63,274 nt of DNA from Clostridia bacterium (GTDB lineage Bacteria; Bacillota; Clostridia; TANB77; CAG-508), in contig JAZUKI010000008.1 of the NCBI GenBank assembly GCA_045643205.1, positions 1-63,274 of the forward strand. The letters are read 5' to 3'. This document shows positions 27,855 through 38,953 of this stretch, one piece after another. The translations under genes and the position numbers were made by a program. Every line of letters starts with the position of its first letter. The first letter of the stretch is position 1. The notes under the pieces were generated by a model. The model saw only the letters and a list, made by a program, of their open reading frames with translations, made no database searches and was not told the origin of the DNA.

Positions 27855-28778
27855 ATGAATAATCAAAAGATAAAAAGTTTAATTAAAATAATAATTATAG
27901 CAGCTTTGATGTTAATATTATTCGCAAGTAAAGCTTTTGCAATATCTAATGAAGATAAAAGAACAGAGCAAGAAAAAATGGATCAAAACAGTTTTTTAAA
28001 AACATTAAATATAACGGGATATGAATTGTATCCAACTTTTAATAAATTTGTTTTAGAATATTTCTTACCTATTCCTTCAGAAGTTACAGAATTAGAAGTT
28101 AGTGCGTTACCTGAAATTGATGGACATGAAGTAAAAGTTTCAGGAAATACTAATATAACTAGAGATACAACAACTATAACAATTGTTTCTTATCCTAAAA
28201 AGGGAGGACAAAAAACAACATATAAAATAAATGTTGCAAAACAAAAAAACAATGGCTTATATTTAACAGATTTTAAAGTTTCTAATGGCGAAACAGAGTC
28301 AGATGGAAGCAAGAAATATTTTGATATAAGCCCAGAGCTAAGCAAAGATGCATATAAATATAGTGTAAATGTTTCTATGGTAGATCAAATCAAGAATCTT
28401 GAAATCGAAGCTACACCAAGTGTTGAAAATGCTAAGGTTGAAATTATCGGAAATGAAAATCTAAAAGAAGGAACAAATTACATTACTATTCTTTTAACTG
28501 ATAGCAGTAATAATATTACTACTTATTCAGTTGAAGCAAATATTTCTTTAGGCAATACAGTTGTTAGTGAATTTTCAAAAGGCAAGATTTATGATATGGC
28601 TTATGATACTAAAGAATGGTTTACTGAATTTGTTTCAGAACCTAGAAATGTTATTATTTCACTTTGTGTTATAGGCGGAGTTATAACATTAATTATTGTA
28701 CTTGTTGTTCATAGAATTGTTAAAAGAAAAAGAGTACAAAATAATAAAGAAAAAATAAAACATAGAGCACAAAAATAA
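27855..28778 (+). CDS. Surface protein with two cadherin-like beta-sandwich domains
   Basis: Signal peptide; LKTL..LYPTFNKFVLEY and GNENLKEGTNYITI..TTYSV repeats; C-terminal TM plus basic tail. Confidence 0.7.
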   Translation: MNNQKIKSLIKIIIIAALMLILFASKAFAISNEDKRTEQEKMDQNSFLKTLNITGYELYPTFNKFVLEYFLPIPSEVTELEVSALPEIDGHEVKVSGNTNITRDTTTITIVSYPKKGGQKTTYKINVAKQKNNGLYLTDFKVSNGETESDGSKKYFDISPELSKDAYKYSVNVSMVDQIKNLEIEATPSVENAKVEIIGNENLKEGTNYITILLTDSSNNITTYSVEANISLGNTVVSEFSKGKIYDMAYDTKEWFTEFVSEPRNVIISLCVIGGVITLIIVLVVHRIVKRKRVQNNKEKIKHRAQK

Positions 28779-28883
28779 TTTTTAAATAATAAATATGTTA
28801 TACATGAAAATATATTAAGCAAAATAAAACAAAGTACTGTAAAAATAATTCAAAGGAAAATTTAAAATACTTAGGAGGAAATA

Positions 28884-30023
28884 ATGATTAAGAAAATTGC
28901 TATTTTAGCAAATGGTGGAGATGTAGCTGGTTTAAACCCTGTAATTAGAGCAATTGTTAAAACTGCTGCTAATAAAGGAATTGAAGCATACGGATTTATT
29001 GATGGATATCAAGGATTGTTGGATAATAATTTTATTAGACTTGATGCTAATTCAAATGTTAGAGGATTAATTAATAAAGGCGGATGTATAATTGGTTCAT
29101 CAACTAATACAATTGTTTTTCACTATCCTGTAAAACAAGAAGATGGAAGTATTGTTTATGAAGATTTATCAGATAAATGTGTTGAGAACTTCAAAAAGGA
29201 TGGATTTGATTGCTTATTTACTTTAGGTGGAGATAGCACTCAAAAATCTGCTAGAGATTTATTCGTAAAAGGTATTAATTGTATTGGCGTTCCAAAAACA
29301 ATAGATAATGATGTTGCTTGTACAGATATTACTTTTGGTTATAATACAGCAGTTAGTGTTGCTACTGAAGCAATTGATAGATTACATACTACTGCAGAAA
29401 CACATCATAGAATTATGGTATTAGAGGTTATGGGAAGATATGCTGGATGGATTGCTCTTGAATCTGCAATCGCCGGTGGAGCTGATGTTTGCTTAATTCC
29501 TGAAATACCTTATGATATTAATAAAGCAGCATTAAAAATTAAAAATAGAATGGCAATGGGAAAGAAATTCAGTGTAGTTGTTGTTTCAGAGGGAGCACAA
29601 TCAATTAATGGTGAATCATCTACATTTGAATCAGATATAGATAATGGTACAGGTATTAAAGTTAAATTTGCTGGTGCTGGCGATAAAGTTGCAAAAGAAT
29701 TGCAAGATTTAACAGGACTTGAATCAAGATGTACAACTTTAGGATATATGCAAAGAGGCGGTTGCCCTACATCATACGATAGAGTTTTATCAACTAAGTA
29801 TGGCGTTAAGGCAATGGAATTAGCTCTTGAAGAAAAGTTTGGTGTACTAACTATTATTAAAAATGGAAAACTTGATAGCGTTGATTTAGAAGAAGTTGTT
29901 GGCGCAAACAAAGAGCTAGGAGCTGTTGAAGGCGGAACAAATGAAAGCAACGTTAGACTTGTTAGACTTGATGATGAACTTGTTCAAACAGCAAGAGACA
30001 TAGGTATATCATTAGGAGATTAA
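28884..30023 (+). CDS. pfkA: 6-phosphofructokinase (PfkA family)
   Basis: GGDVAGLN, GGDST, PKTIDND, EVMGRYAGW, LGYMQRGG. Confidence 0.93.
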   Translation: MIKKIAILANGGDVAGLNPVIRAIVKTAANKGIEAYGFIDGYQGLLDNNFIRLDANSNVRGLINKGGCIIGSSTNTIVFHYPVKQEDGSIVYEDLSDKCVENFKKDGFDCLFTLGGDSTQKSARDLFVKGINCIGVPKTIDNDVACTDITFGYNTAVSVATEAIDRLHTTAETHHRIMVLEVMGRYAGWIALESAIAGGADVCLIPEIPYDINKAALKIKNRMAMGKKFSVVVVSEGAQSINGESSTFESDIDNGTGIKVKFAGAGDKVAKELQDLTGLESRCTTLGYMQRGGCPTSYDRVLSTKYGVKAMELALEEKFGVLTIIKNGKLDSVDLEEVVGANKELGAVEGGTNESNVRLVRLDDELVQTARDIGISLGD

Positions 30024-30116
30024 TTTTAATTTTGAAGATAATTTAATTAGAAAATTTAATTTTAATATAAGTTAAAAATTAAATTAGGATATTAATAAAA
30101 ATAGATTGGAGGAATT

Positions 30117-31838
30117 ATGAATTTTAAAAGCATTATTGCAGATTTATTATTTAATAAGATAAAAGAAATAAATTCAGATTCTGAAATTAGTATTGAAGAA
30201 ATAACAAATAATATAGAAGTTCCAAAGGAAAAGAAAAATGGTGATTATTCTTTCCCTTGTTTCACATTGGCTAAAGTTTTAAAGAAAGCACCAGTTATGA
30301 TTGGTAATGAATTGTCTGAAAACTTAGCTAATGAATGTTTTGAAAAAATTGAAAACGTAAATGGATTTTTAAATTTCTATGTTTCAAAAGATGTAATTAT
30401 AAAAGAAACATTTGATAAATTTATGAAAGCACCTGATTGTTATGGATCATCAGATGAAGGAAATGGCAAGACTGTTTGTGTAGAATTTTCATCACCTAAC
30501 ATTGCAAAACCTTTCCACATCGGACATTTAATAACTACAATATTAGGACATTCTTTATATAACATTTACAAATATCTTGGATATAATACAATTGCTTTAA
30601 ATCATTTAGGCGACTATGGAACACAATTTGCAAAGATGATTGAAGGATATAAACGTTTCGGAACTGAATATGATTTTTCTGAAAATGCTATTGATAAATT
30701 AGCTGATATTTATAAAAGAATAAATGAAATATGCGAAGAAGAACCAGAAGTTCTTGAATTATGTAGAGATACATTTGCTAAATTAGAAAATGGTGATCCT
30801 GAGTGTGTTGAAATTTGGAATAGATTCAAAGATTTAAGTTTAAAAGAATTTAATAAAATTTATGATTTATTAGATATTAAATTTGATTCTGTAAATGGCG
30901 AATCATTTTATGCAAATAAACAACAAGAAGTTATTAAATTATTAGAAGAACAAAATGCATTAACAGATTCACAAGGAGCTAGAGTTGTTGAGTTAACAGC
31001 AATTGGACAAGAAGTTCCATTTATGGTTACTAAGTCTAATGGTTCTTCAATTTATGGAACTCGTGATTTAGCAGCAATTCTTTATAGAACTCGTGAATAT
31101 AATTTTGATAGATGTTTGTACGTAGTTGCAAATGAGCAAAAGAACTATTTCAAAAATTTATTCTATGTTGCACAATTTTTAGGAATAGATAAAAAATATT
31201 TACATGGTCTTGAACATGTAGGATATGGAATGGTTTCATTACCAGAAGGAAAGATGTCTACACGTAAAGGCAATTTCTTAAAGGTTGAAGATATTCTTAA
31301 TGATTCTATTTCAAAAACAAGTGAGATACTTAAAGATAGAGATATTGAAGATAAAGAAAACATAGCTAAGATGATTGGAATTGGTGCTATTGTTTTTGCA
31401 AATCAAAAAGAAAATAGAATTAAAGACCAAGTATTTGATATTAATGAAGCATTGAATTTTAATGGAGAAACTGGTCCTTATGTACAATATGCAGCTGTTA
31501 GATGCAAGAGTATTTTAGAGAAGGCAAATTTTGAATTTAATGCAAATGAAGAAATTGATTATTCAGTTTTAACAAATGATTCAACAATTGAAGTTGTTAA
31601 ACTAGTATCTAATTTTTCAGATGTTATTGTTCAAGCAAAAGATAAGAGTGAGCCTTCAATCATTGCTCGTTACTTAATTAAAGTTGCACAAGAGTATAGT
31701 TCTTTCTACAATAAGAATAAAGTAATATGCGATGAACAAAATGTTCAAACAGCAAGATTATATTTAACTTACATGGTTGAAAATGTTTTAACAACTGGAC
31801 TTAATTTATTAGGAATCAAAGTTCCAGATCATATGTAA
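30117..31838 (+). CDS. argS: Arginine--tRNA ligase
   Basis: EFSSPNIAKPFHIGH, KMSTRKG, GETGPYVQYA. Confidence 0.97.
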   Translation: MNFKSIIADLLFNKIKEINSDSEISIEEITNNIEVPKEKKNGDYSFPCFTLAKVLKKAPVMIGNELSENLANECFEKIENVNGFLNFYVSKDVIIKETFDKFMKAPDCYGSSDEGNGKTVCVEFSSPNIAKPFHIGHLITTILGHSLYNIYKYLGYNTIALNHLGDYGTQFAKMIEGYKRFGTEYDFSENAIDKLADIYKRINEICEEEPEVLELCRDTFAKLENGDPECVEIWNRFKDLSLKEFNKIYDLLDIKFDSVNGESFYANKQQEVIKLLEEQNALTDSQGARVVELTAIGQEVPFMVTKSNGSSIYGTRDLAAILYRTREYNFDRCLYVVANEQKNYFKNLFYVAQFLGIDKKYLHGLEHVGYGMVSLPEGKMSTRKGNFLKVEDILNDSISKTSEILKDRDIEDKENIAKMIGIGAIVFANQKENRIKDQVFDINEALNFNGETGPYVQYAAVRCKSILEKANFEFNANEEIDYSVLTNDSTIEVVKLVSNFSDVIVQAKDKSEPSIIARYLIKVAQEYSSFYNKNKVICDEQNVQTARLYLTYMVENVLTTGLNLLGIKVPDHM

Positions 31839-31913
31839 AATAAGTGATAGACAAGTTTAATATATGTAATTTATAGTTAAATAATTTAATTTCAATAATA
31901 TGTAAAATTTTAA

Positions 31914-32405
31914 ATGAAAGGAAATTCTTTAGTGAAAAAGGTTATGTTTATTTCAAGTGAAGGAGGACATTTACAAGAGTTAAGACAACTTAACTTTAAT
32001 AGTTATGACTATTCAGTCGTAACTGAAAAAACTGACTCTACTAAAAACTTGAAAAATAAATATCCTGGAAAAGTTCACTACCTAAGTTATGGAACACGAA
32101 AAAATCCTTTCATTTATTTTTTTGTGTTGTTATTTAACTTTTTTAAAAGTTTATTTATATTTATAAAAATAAAGCCTGAAGTGGTTGTTACTACAGGTAC
32201 GCATACAGCAATTCCGATGTGCTTTATTGCTAAGAAATTATTTAGAAGAAAAGTTATCTGGATAGAAACTTATGCAAATCGAACAACTGGTACACTTGCA
32301 GGCAGAATTTGCTACAAAATGAATTTATATAATACATTCATTGTTCAATGGTCAGAAATGTTAACAGTGTTTCCAAAGGCTAAATACTGGGGAAGCATTT
32401 TCTAA
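31914..32405 (+). CDS. PssD/Cps14F (Alg14-like) glycosyltransferase subunit
   Basis: SSEGGHLQEL, KPEVVVTTG, WIETYA, FIVQW. Confidence 0.88.
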   Translation: MKGNSLVKKVMFISSEGGHLQELRQLNFNSYDYSVVTEKTDSTKNLKNKYPGKVHYLSYGTRKNPFIYFFVLLFNFFKSLFIFIKIKPEVVVTTGTHTAIPMCFIAKKLFRRKVIWIETYANRTTGTLAGRICYKMNLYNTFIVQWSEMLTVFPKAKYWGSIF

Positions 32406-32428
32406 AATTTTAAAAGGAGGTTAGAGTT

Positions 32429-32926
32429 TTGATATTTGTTACATTAGGAACTCAAGACAAGCAATTTCCAAGATTACTTGAAGCAGTTGATAAATTGAAA
32501 ACACAGGAACAAATAGTTATACAAGCTGGAAGTACTAAATATTCTTTTAGTCCTGAAAAAAAGAATATTCAATTTCATAATTATCTTAATGATAATGAAT
32601 TTGATGATTATATGAAACAATCAGACATAATTATTTGTCATGCTGGCGTTGGAACAATTATCAAAGGTCTAAAACTTCATAAAAAATTAATTGTTGCTGC
32701 ACGTTTGAAAAAGTATGGTGAACATGTTAATGATCATCAATTGCAAATTCTTGAAGCATTTAGTCAAGAAGGATACATTATTCCATTAAATGATTTTGAT
32801 AATCTTCAAAAAATGCTAACAATTGATTTTACACCAAGAGGATTTGTTCAACATAAAAAAGAATTTAATGCGTTATTAGATTCTGAAATAAATAAACTTA
32901 CAAAAACAAAAATCCGAAAAAAATAA
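32429..32926 (+). CDS. PssE/Cps14G (Alg13-like) glycosyltransferase subunit
   Basis: IFVTLGTQ, ICHAGVGTI, GEHVNDHQ. Confidence 0.9.
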   Translation: MIFVTLGTQDKQFPRLLEAVDKLKTQEQIVIQAGSTKYSFSPEKKNIQFHNYLNDNEFDDYMKQSDIIICHAGVGTIIKGLKLHKKLIVAARLKKYGEHVNDHQLQILEAFSQEGYIIPLNDFDNLQKMLTIDFTPRGFVQHKKEFNALLDSEINKLTKTKIRKK

Positions 32927-32996
32927 AATTTAAAAAATAAAAATAAAAAAAATTAAATAATAAAATTAGAAAAATAAAAATTTCAAAGGAAAAATA

Positions 32997-34508
32997 ATGA
33001 GTTATCAAGGTAAATTATTAAAAAATACTGCAATAATTGCATTAGGAAAGATTTCAACACAGATATTATCATACATTTTATTACCTCTTTATACTGCAAA
33101 GATGGTTACAGAGGAATATGGTTCTTATGATTTTATTTGTACACTAAGCGTTTTTCTATGTCCAATTATTACACTATTAATAGAAGAGTGTATGTTTAGA
33201 TTTTTAATTGATGCAGACACTGATGGTAAACGAAAAAACATAGTTACACAAACTGTTATTTATACAGCACTCGGAACATTAGTATTTATTCCACTAAGTT
33301 TCTTAGTAATGAATTTAGCAACTGATTGGCAGTTTAATATGCAAATAATGTTTACAGCATTTGTTGTTTCAAACATTATGATTACACTTACTACAAGTTT
33401 AGCTAGAGGATTGAGTAAAATAAAGCTATATTCAGTTTCAAGCTTTGTATTAGGAATTATTACTATTATTGCTCAAATTGTTATTTTGTTAATAACACCA
33501 ACTGCATTTGGTATGCTACTTGCTAACACAATTGCAAATGTTATAGTTTCGTTGTTTATTGCTTGGAGATTAAAATTTAGAAAGCTACTTGGAAAGTTCA
33601 GCAAAAAGACAATGAAAGGTATGATTAAATATTCTTTACCACTTGTTCCAAACAATATTTCATGGCTTATCATTAATATGTCAGATAGATTATTATTAAC
33701 ATCTATGGTAAGTTCAGCAGCTAACGGAATTTATGCAATTGCAAGTAAGTTTCCAAATATCATAACTGTTTTTTATAGTTATTTTTCACTAGCGTGGAAA
33801 GAACAAGCAGCTAAAATTGTTAAAGACAAAGATTTAACAAAACATTATAATGGAATTTATCACGATACTAAAAAAGTTATGTATTCAATAATGTTATTAT
33901 TAATTGCAGTGATGCCAATAGCATTTCCAATATTAATTAATCCACAATATTCAGAGGGATTTATTTATATTCCAATGATTATGATTGCAACATATTTTAC
34001 AGATTTATCAAGATTTTATGGTGGAATATTTGAAGCATATAAAAACACTAAAATAATGGGAACAACTACATTTGCAGCTGCTATTATTAATTTAGTTATT
34101 GATTTAGTATTATTAAAATTTATTGGAATTTGGGCAGCATGTATTTCAACATTAGTAGCAGACTTTTCAGTATATCTTTATAGAAAACAAAAAATTAAGA
34201 AGTATGTAAAACTTAAAGAATTGAACATGGTTCCTGCATATATAATATTAGGAATTATTGTTGGAGTTTATTATTTAAAATACATACCAAACTTTAATAT
34301 AGTTGTATATTATGTAATTGCTGTTATTGCATTAATCTTTGCTATAGTATATGCAATAGTAGTTAACAAGAAACTAATTAATGAAATAGTTGGGAAGATT
34401 ACATCAAAATTTAGAAGAAAATCTAAAGCAGAAAAAGTTAATGTTGAGAAAGTTCAAAATAATAAAGAAAACAATGAAAACAATGACAAAGAGAATAACG
34501 ACAAATAA
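32997..34508 (+). CDS. Oligosaccharide flippase (Wzx family)
   Basis: Multiple TM segments, LLPLYT, YSLPLVPN, SDRLLL, GIYAIA. Confidence 0.85.
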   Translation: MSYQGKLLKNTAIIALGKISTQILSYILLPLYTAKMVTEEYGSYDFICTLSVFLCPIITLLIEECMFRFLIDADTDGKRKNIVTQTVIYTALGTLVFIPLSFLVMNLATDWQFNMQIMFTAFVVSNIMITLTTSLARGLSKIKLYSVSSFVLGIITIIAQIVILLITPTAFGMLLANTIANVIVSLFIAWRLKFRKLLGKFSKKTMKGMIKYSLPLVPNNISWLIINMSDRLLLTSMVSSAANGIYAIASKFPNIITVFYSYFSLAWKEQAAKIVKDKDLTKHYNGIYHDTKKVMYSIMLLLIAVMPIAFPILINPQYSEGFIYIPMIMIATYFTDLSRFYGGIFEAYKNTKIMGTTTFAAAIINLVIDLVLLKFIGIWAACISTLVADFSVYLYRKQKIKKYVKLKELNMVPAYIILGIIVGVYYLKYIPNFNIVVYYVIAVIALIFAIVYAIVVNKKLINEIVGKITSKFRRKSKAEKVNVEKVQNNKENNENNDKENNDK

Positions 34509-34581
34509 AATTAAAAAGAAAATAACAATAAAAAAAGATGTTGAAAAATAAACAAATGATAATATTATATTAGGAGGTAAT

Positions 34582-35943
34582 ATGAAATATTTTGGAACTG
34601 ATGGGATTAGAAGAATTGCTAATACTGAGCTTACACCAGAATTAGTTTATAATGTAGCAAAAGCAGGTGCTTATGTTCTTGCAAAACATAGCGATCACAC
34701 ACCAACAATTTTAATAGGAAGAGATACTAGAGTTTCTGGAACGCTTATAGAAGCTGCTATGACTGCTGGATTTTTAAGCTATGGAGCAAACGTAAAACTT
34801 GTAGGAGTTATACCAACTCCTGGTATTGCATATTTAACTAAAAAATTAAAGGCTGATGCAAGTGTTGTTATTTCTGCATCACATAATACTTTTGAATTTA
34901 ATGGAGTTAAATATTTCTCTAACAAAGGAATGAAACTACCAGATGAAATTGAAGAAGAAATTGAAGAAGTATTAGATTCAGGAAAATTAAATGAATTATC
35001 TGCTTATGGCAATAAAATAGGAACATCTGAAATTAGAACAGATTTACTTGATGAATATTTATATTTTTTTAGAAAGAATTTTGAAGATAGCTTTGAAGGA
35101 TTAGAGAAATCTAATTTTACTGTTGCAGTTGATACTGCTAATGGTGCAACTTCAGTTATTGCTGATAAAACATTTACTGCACTTGGAATTAATCACTATA
35201 TTATTAATTCAACACCTAATGGAGAGAATATCAATGACAATTGCGGTTCTACACATCTTGATGGATTAAAGAAATTCGTTGTTGCTAACAAATGTGATTT
35301 AGGTATTGCTTATGATGGCGATGGTGACAGATGCTTAGCTGTTGATGAAAATGGTGAAGAAATTGATGGTGATCAAATTATGGCTATTATAGCTAATAAC
35401 ATGAAAGCTAAAGGAACATTAAAAAATAATACATTAGTTGCAACTGTTATGAGTAATTTAGGATTAAGAAAGTTCTGCAGTCAAAATGATATTAATCTTG
35501 AAATTACTAAAGTTGGAGATAGATATGTTTTAGCTAATATGCTTGAAAACGGATATAATCTAGGAGGAGAGCAATCAGGACATATTATTTTATTAGATTA
35601 TAATCCAACAGGTGATGGAATATTTACTTCACTTTCATTAATTAGAGTTTTATTAGAAACAAAACAAAAAGCTTCAGAAGCTAAATCAATTATTAATATT
35701 TATCCACAAGTTTTAATTAATGCAAAAGTTAATAATGATAAAAAATATGATTTTGATAAAGATCCAGAAATTCAAGATAGAATTGCTAAATTAGAAGCTG
35801 AATTCCAAGATAATGGAAGAGTTTTAATTAGAGCTTCAGGAACTGAACCATTAGTTAGAGTTATGATTGAAGGCGAAGATATTGATAATATTACAAAGAA
35901 AGCTCAAGAATTAGCAGACTTTATCGTTGAAAAATTAAAATAA
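34582..35943 (+). CDS. glmM: Phosphoglucosamine mutase
   Basis: FGTDGIR, SASHN, DGDGDR, GGEQSGH, RASGTEP. Confidence 0.96.
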   Translation: MKYFGTDGIRRIANTELTPELVYNVAKAGAYVLAKHSDHTPTILIGRDTRVSGTLIEAAMTAGFLSYGANVKLVGVIPTPGIAYLTKKLKADASVVISASHNTFEFNGVKYFSNKGMKLPDEIEEEIEEVLDSGKLNELSAYGNKIGTSEIRTDLLDEYLYFFRKNFEDSFEGLEKSNFTVAVDTANGATSVIADKTFTALGINHYIINSTPNGENINDNCGSTHLDGLKKFVVANKCDLGIAYDGDGDRCLAVDENGEEIDGDQIMAIIANNMKAKGTLKNNTLVATVMSNLGLRKFCSQNDINLEITKVGDRYVLANMLENGYNLGGEQSGHIILLDYNPTGDGIFTSLSLIRVLLETKQKASEAKSIINIYPQVLINAKVNNDKKYDFDKDPEIQDRIAKLEAEFQDNGRVLIRASGTEPLVRVMIEGEDIDNITKKAQELADFIVEKLK

Positions 35944-36091
35944 TTAATTTTAGCATTAAAGTTTATAATTTTAAAAATACAAAATATAAAATAAAAAATA
36001 TAAAGTACAAAATATAAAGTACAAAATATAAAATATAAATTATAAATACAATAATTGTTAAAAATTCGATTTTAACTAGTAAGGATTTATT

Positions 36092-36550
36092 ATGAAGGAA
36101 GAAGAAAAATTAGTTTCAAAGAATCCTACAGCTTACCACAATTTTGATATTACAGATAAAATTGAATGTGGTATTGTTTTGTCAGGAACTGAAATTAAAT
36201 CAATTAGAAATGGAAAAGTTAATATAAAAGATAGCTATGCTTCAGTTGATAAAAATGGCGAAGTTTATATTTATCAAATGCATATAAGTCCTTATGAAAA
36301 TGGTAACATATATAATAAGGATCCGCTTCGTCCAAGAAAACTATTATTAAAGAGAGCTGAGATTAATAAACTTATTGGAGTAACTTCACAAAAAGGATTT
36401 TCATTAATTCCAACTGCTTTGTATTTTAAAAATAATAGACTTAAAGTTGAACTTGGAATTGGAAAAGGTAAGAAACTTTTTGATAAGAGAGAAGATATCA
36501 AGAAAAAAGAAGCTGATATGAAAATTAAAAGGGCTATGGCTCAAGATTAG
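36092..36550 (+). CDS. smpB: SsrA-binding protein
   Basis: [31 protein letters not shown]. Confidence 0.97.
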   Translation: MKEEEKLVSKNPTAYHNFDITDKIECGIVLSGTEIKSIRNGKVNIKDSYASVDKNGEVYIYQMHISPYENGNIYNKDPLRPRKLLLKRAEINKLIGVTSQKGFSLIPTALYFKNNRLKVELGIGKGKKLFDKREDIKKKEADMKIKRAMAQD

Positions 36551-36612
36551 AAAAAAGAAAGAATGAAAGATTATAAAAGAAAAATAATAAAAAATAAATA
36601 ATAAAAATAAAG

Positions 36613-36643
36613 AAAAGACTTCAGTTAAAACTGAAGTCTTTTT
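36613..36643. terminator. Bidirectional terminator
   Basis: AAAAGACTTCAGT/ACTGAAGTCTTTT. Confidence 0.9.
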
Positions 36644-36713
36644 GTAATTTATAAGTATTTTAAATTATTTTAGATTAATTACTTATTTTAGATTATTTTT
36701 ATTATAAATTAGT

Positions 36714-37070
36714 TTATTTTAAACGAATCATAATAGCAATTGCTAGAAGAATGATTACAATTCCTACGGCAATTAATAAAATATTTAAAATCTCATTAAA
36801 ACCGAAGTCTCTAGAATTGTTATTAATATTTGAAGTGCTTTCAACGACTATATCATTTGATGAAGATAGAGTAGTTGTTGTATTACTTGGTGTAACATGA
36901 GAATCTATTCCATTATTGGTACTAACTGAATTATTTTCTGTAGTATTGTTTGAAGAAATTGCTGAATTTGTATTAGTAACTTGACCAACTCCAGAAGTAG
37001 CAAGTGATACAGCAAATAAGCTCATAGCAATTGTGAATATTAAACTAATTATTAATACTTTTATTTTCAT
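36714..37070 (-). CDS. Hypothetical membrane-anchored S/T/N-rich protein
   Basis: Signal peptide, low-complexity linker, C-terminal TM; RBS AGGAGG. Confidence 0.7.
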   Translation of the reverse strand: MKIKVLIISLIFTIAMSLFAVSLATSGVGQVTNTNSAISSNNTTENNSVSTNNGIDSHVTPSNTTTTLSSSNDIVVESTSNINNNSRDFGFNEILNILLIAVGIVIILLAIAIMIRLK

Positions 37071-37182
37071 TAGTGCCTCCTAAAAATCTTTCGTACATAT
37101 TTAATAATAATATAAAAAGATAAAAATGTCTAGAATTTATATAGAAACTTTTAGTTATAATGTATATAAATGTGTATGTATT

Positions 37183-37238
37183 TTATCATCGCTGATAAGT
37201 TTTTTATCGTTGACAATAATTGGCAAATAAGATATAAT
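37183..37238 (+). promoter_or_regulatory. Promoter of the DtxR-like gene with an upstream palindrome
   Basis: TTGACA 37210-17 bp-TATAAT 37238; TTATCA-N4-TGATAA at 37183-37198. Confidence 0.65.
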
Positions 37239-37273
37239 GTTAGAGTGTACAAACTTCTTGAAATTACTAAGAA

Positions 37274-37786
37274 ATGGAGAGTTTTATGAAATTAACAAAT
37301 GTACAAGAAGAATATCTAAAAACTATATATTTACTTCAATTAAATGAAGGAAAAAGTAAGTTAACTGATATTGCTGAAAAATTGAATAAATCAAAAGCTA
37401 GTGTCAATTCAGCTATAAATAATTTAGTGGAACTTGGATTAGTTAGTAATGAGAAGTATGGACCTATTGTTTTAACTGATCAAGGAAAATTAGAAGCTAA
37501 GAAAATAGTGGCTGCAAATGATATTGTAACCTTGTTCCTAGTAGATGTATTAGGAATTGATGAAGAAAAAGCAACTGGCGAGGCTCAAGGTATTAAGACT
37601 ATTCTTTCTGATGAAAGTCTTAATAAACTTGCTAGATATACATATACTACTTTAGGATTAACACCTAAGGAGTGCAGTTATAATATTAATAATGAGAATT
37701 GCTTTAATTGCGGAATTTCTATTAAGGCTAAGAAAATTATTGAAAACAAATCAGAAAAAACAGTTAAGAAAAAATTATTAAAATAA
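37274..37786 (+). CDS. DtxR/MntR-family transcriptional regulator (start may be ATG 37286)
   Basis: QEEYLKTIY, DIAEKLNKSKASV winged HTH, YGPIVLTDQG. Confidence 0.85.
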   Translation: MESFMKLTNVQEEYLKTIYLLQLNEGKSKLTDIAEKLNKSKASVNSAINNLVELGLVSNEKYGPIVLTDQGKLEAKKIVAANDIVTLFLVDVLGIDEEKATGEAQGIKTILSDESLNKLARYTYTTLGLTPKECSYNINNENCFNCGISIKAKKIIENKSEKTVKKKLLK

Positions 37787-37870
37787 ATTAGATAAAAATA
37801 GTTAAGATATGAACTATTGAAAATTAGTCAGAAAAAAGTTGAAAAATAATATTTGAAGAAAGATATTAAT

Positions 37871-38935
37871 ATGAAAAAAGTTTTGCTTGGAATGAGTGGA
37901 GGAGTTGATAGTACTGTTTCAGCTTTGCTACTTAAAGAAATGGGATATGAGGTTACTGGCGTAACAATGCGTTTATTTGATGGCGGTTGTTGCGATTTAT
38001 CTTCATGCGATGAAGCAAAAGTTTTATGTGATCAAAATGGCATGAAACATGTAACTCTTCAATATATGGATGAGTTTAGAGATACTATTATTAAAGATTT
38101 TATTGATGAATATAAAAATTGTTTAACACCTAATCCTTGTGTTCTTTGCAATAAGTTATTTAAGTTTGGATATATGTATGATTTTGCAAAGAAGAATGGA
38201 ATTGATTATTTAGCAACTGGTCATTATGCAAAGGTTGAGTTTAGTGAAGAATATAATAGATATGTTTTGAAGAAAGCTAAGAATAAACAAAAAGATCAAA
38301 CATATTTTATTTATTATATTCCTAAAGATATATTACAGTATATTGTTTTTCCATTAGGCGATTATGAAAGCAAAGATGATGTTAGAGAGGTTGCTAGAAA
38401 TAATAATTTGGCAGTTGCTTCAAAAAGAGATAGTGAAGATATTTGTTTCATTACAAATGGAAATTATAAAAAGTTTTTGGAAGAAAATTCTGATATTAAA
38501 CCAATGCCAGGAAACATTGTTTTAAAAGATGGAACTGTAGTTGGAGAACATCAAGGATTGTACAATTATACAATTGGCCAAAGAAAAGGACTCGGAGTTG
38601 CTTATTCTGAACCATTATTTGTAATTGGTTTTAATAAAGATAAAAATGAAGTTGTTGTCGGAACTAAAGAAGATATTTATTGCAATGAGATTTTAGTTAA
38701 AGATTATAATTTACTTTTAGTTGATGAAATTAAAGAACCAATTAGAGTAAATACAAAAACAAGATTTTCAGTTAATGAATATCCCGCTTCAATAGTTGAA
38801 GTTGAAAAAGATGGTAAGAAGTATATTAAAGTTAAATTTGATGAACCTGTTGCTAGAATTACACCGGGACAATCTGCAGTATTTTATATTGATGATATTG
38901 TTCTTGGTGGTGGAATCATTAGCGAAAGAAATTAA
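37871..38935 (+). CDS. mnmA: tRNA 2-thiouridylase MnmA
   Basis: MSGGVDS, TPNPCVLCN, ATGHYA, KDQTYF, DSEDICF, YTIGQRKG, TPGQSAV. Confidence 0.97.
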   Translation: MKKVLLGMSGGVDSTVSALLLKEMGYEVTGVTMRLFDGGCCDLSSCDEAKVLCDQNGMKHVTLQYMDEFRDTIIKDFIDEYKNCLTPNPCVLCNKLFKFGYMYDFAKKNGIDYLATGHYAKVEFSEEYNRYVLKKAKNKQKDQTYFIYYIPKDILQYIVFPLGDYESKDDVREVARNNNLAVASKRDSEDICFITNGNYKKFLEENSDIKPMPGNIVLKDGTVVGEHQGLYNYTIGQRKGLGVAYSEPLFVIGFNKDKNEVVVGTKEDIYCNEILVKDYNLLLVDEIKEPIRVNTKTRFSVNEYPASIVEVEKDGKKYIKVKFDEPVARITPGQSAVFYIDDIVLGGGIISERN

Positions 38936-38953
38936 AATATAGAGAGAGTTAGT

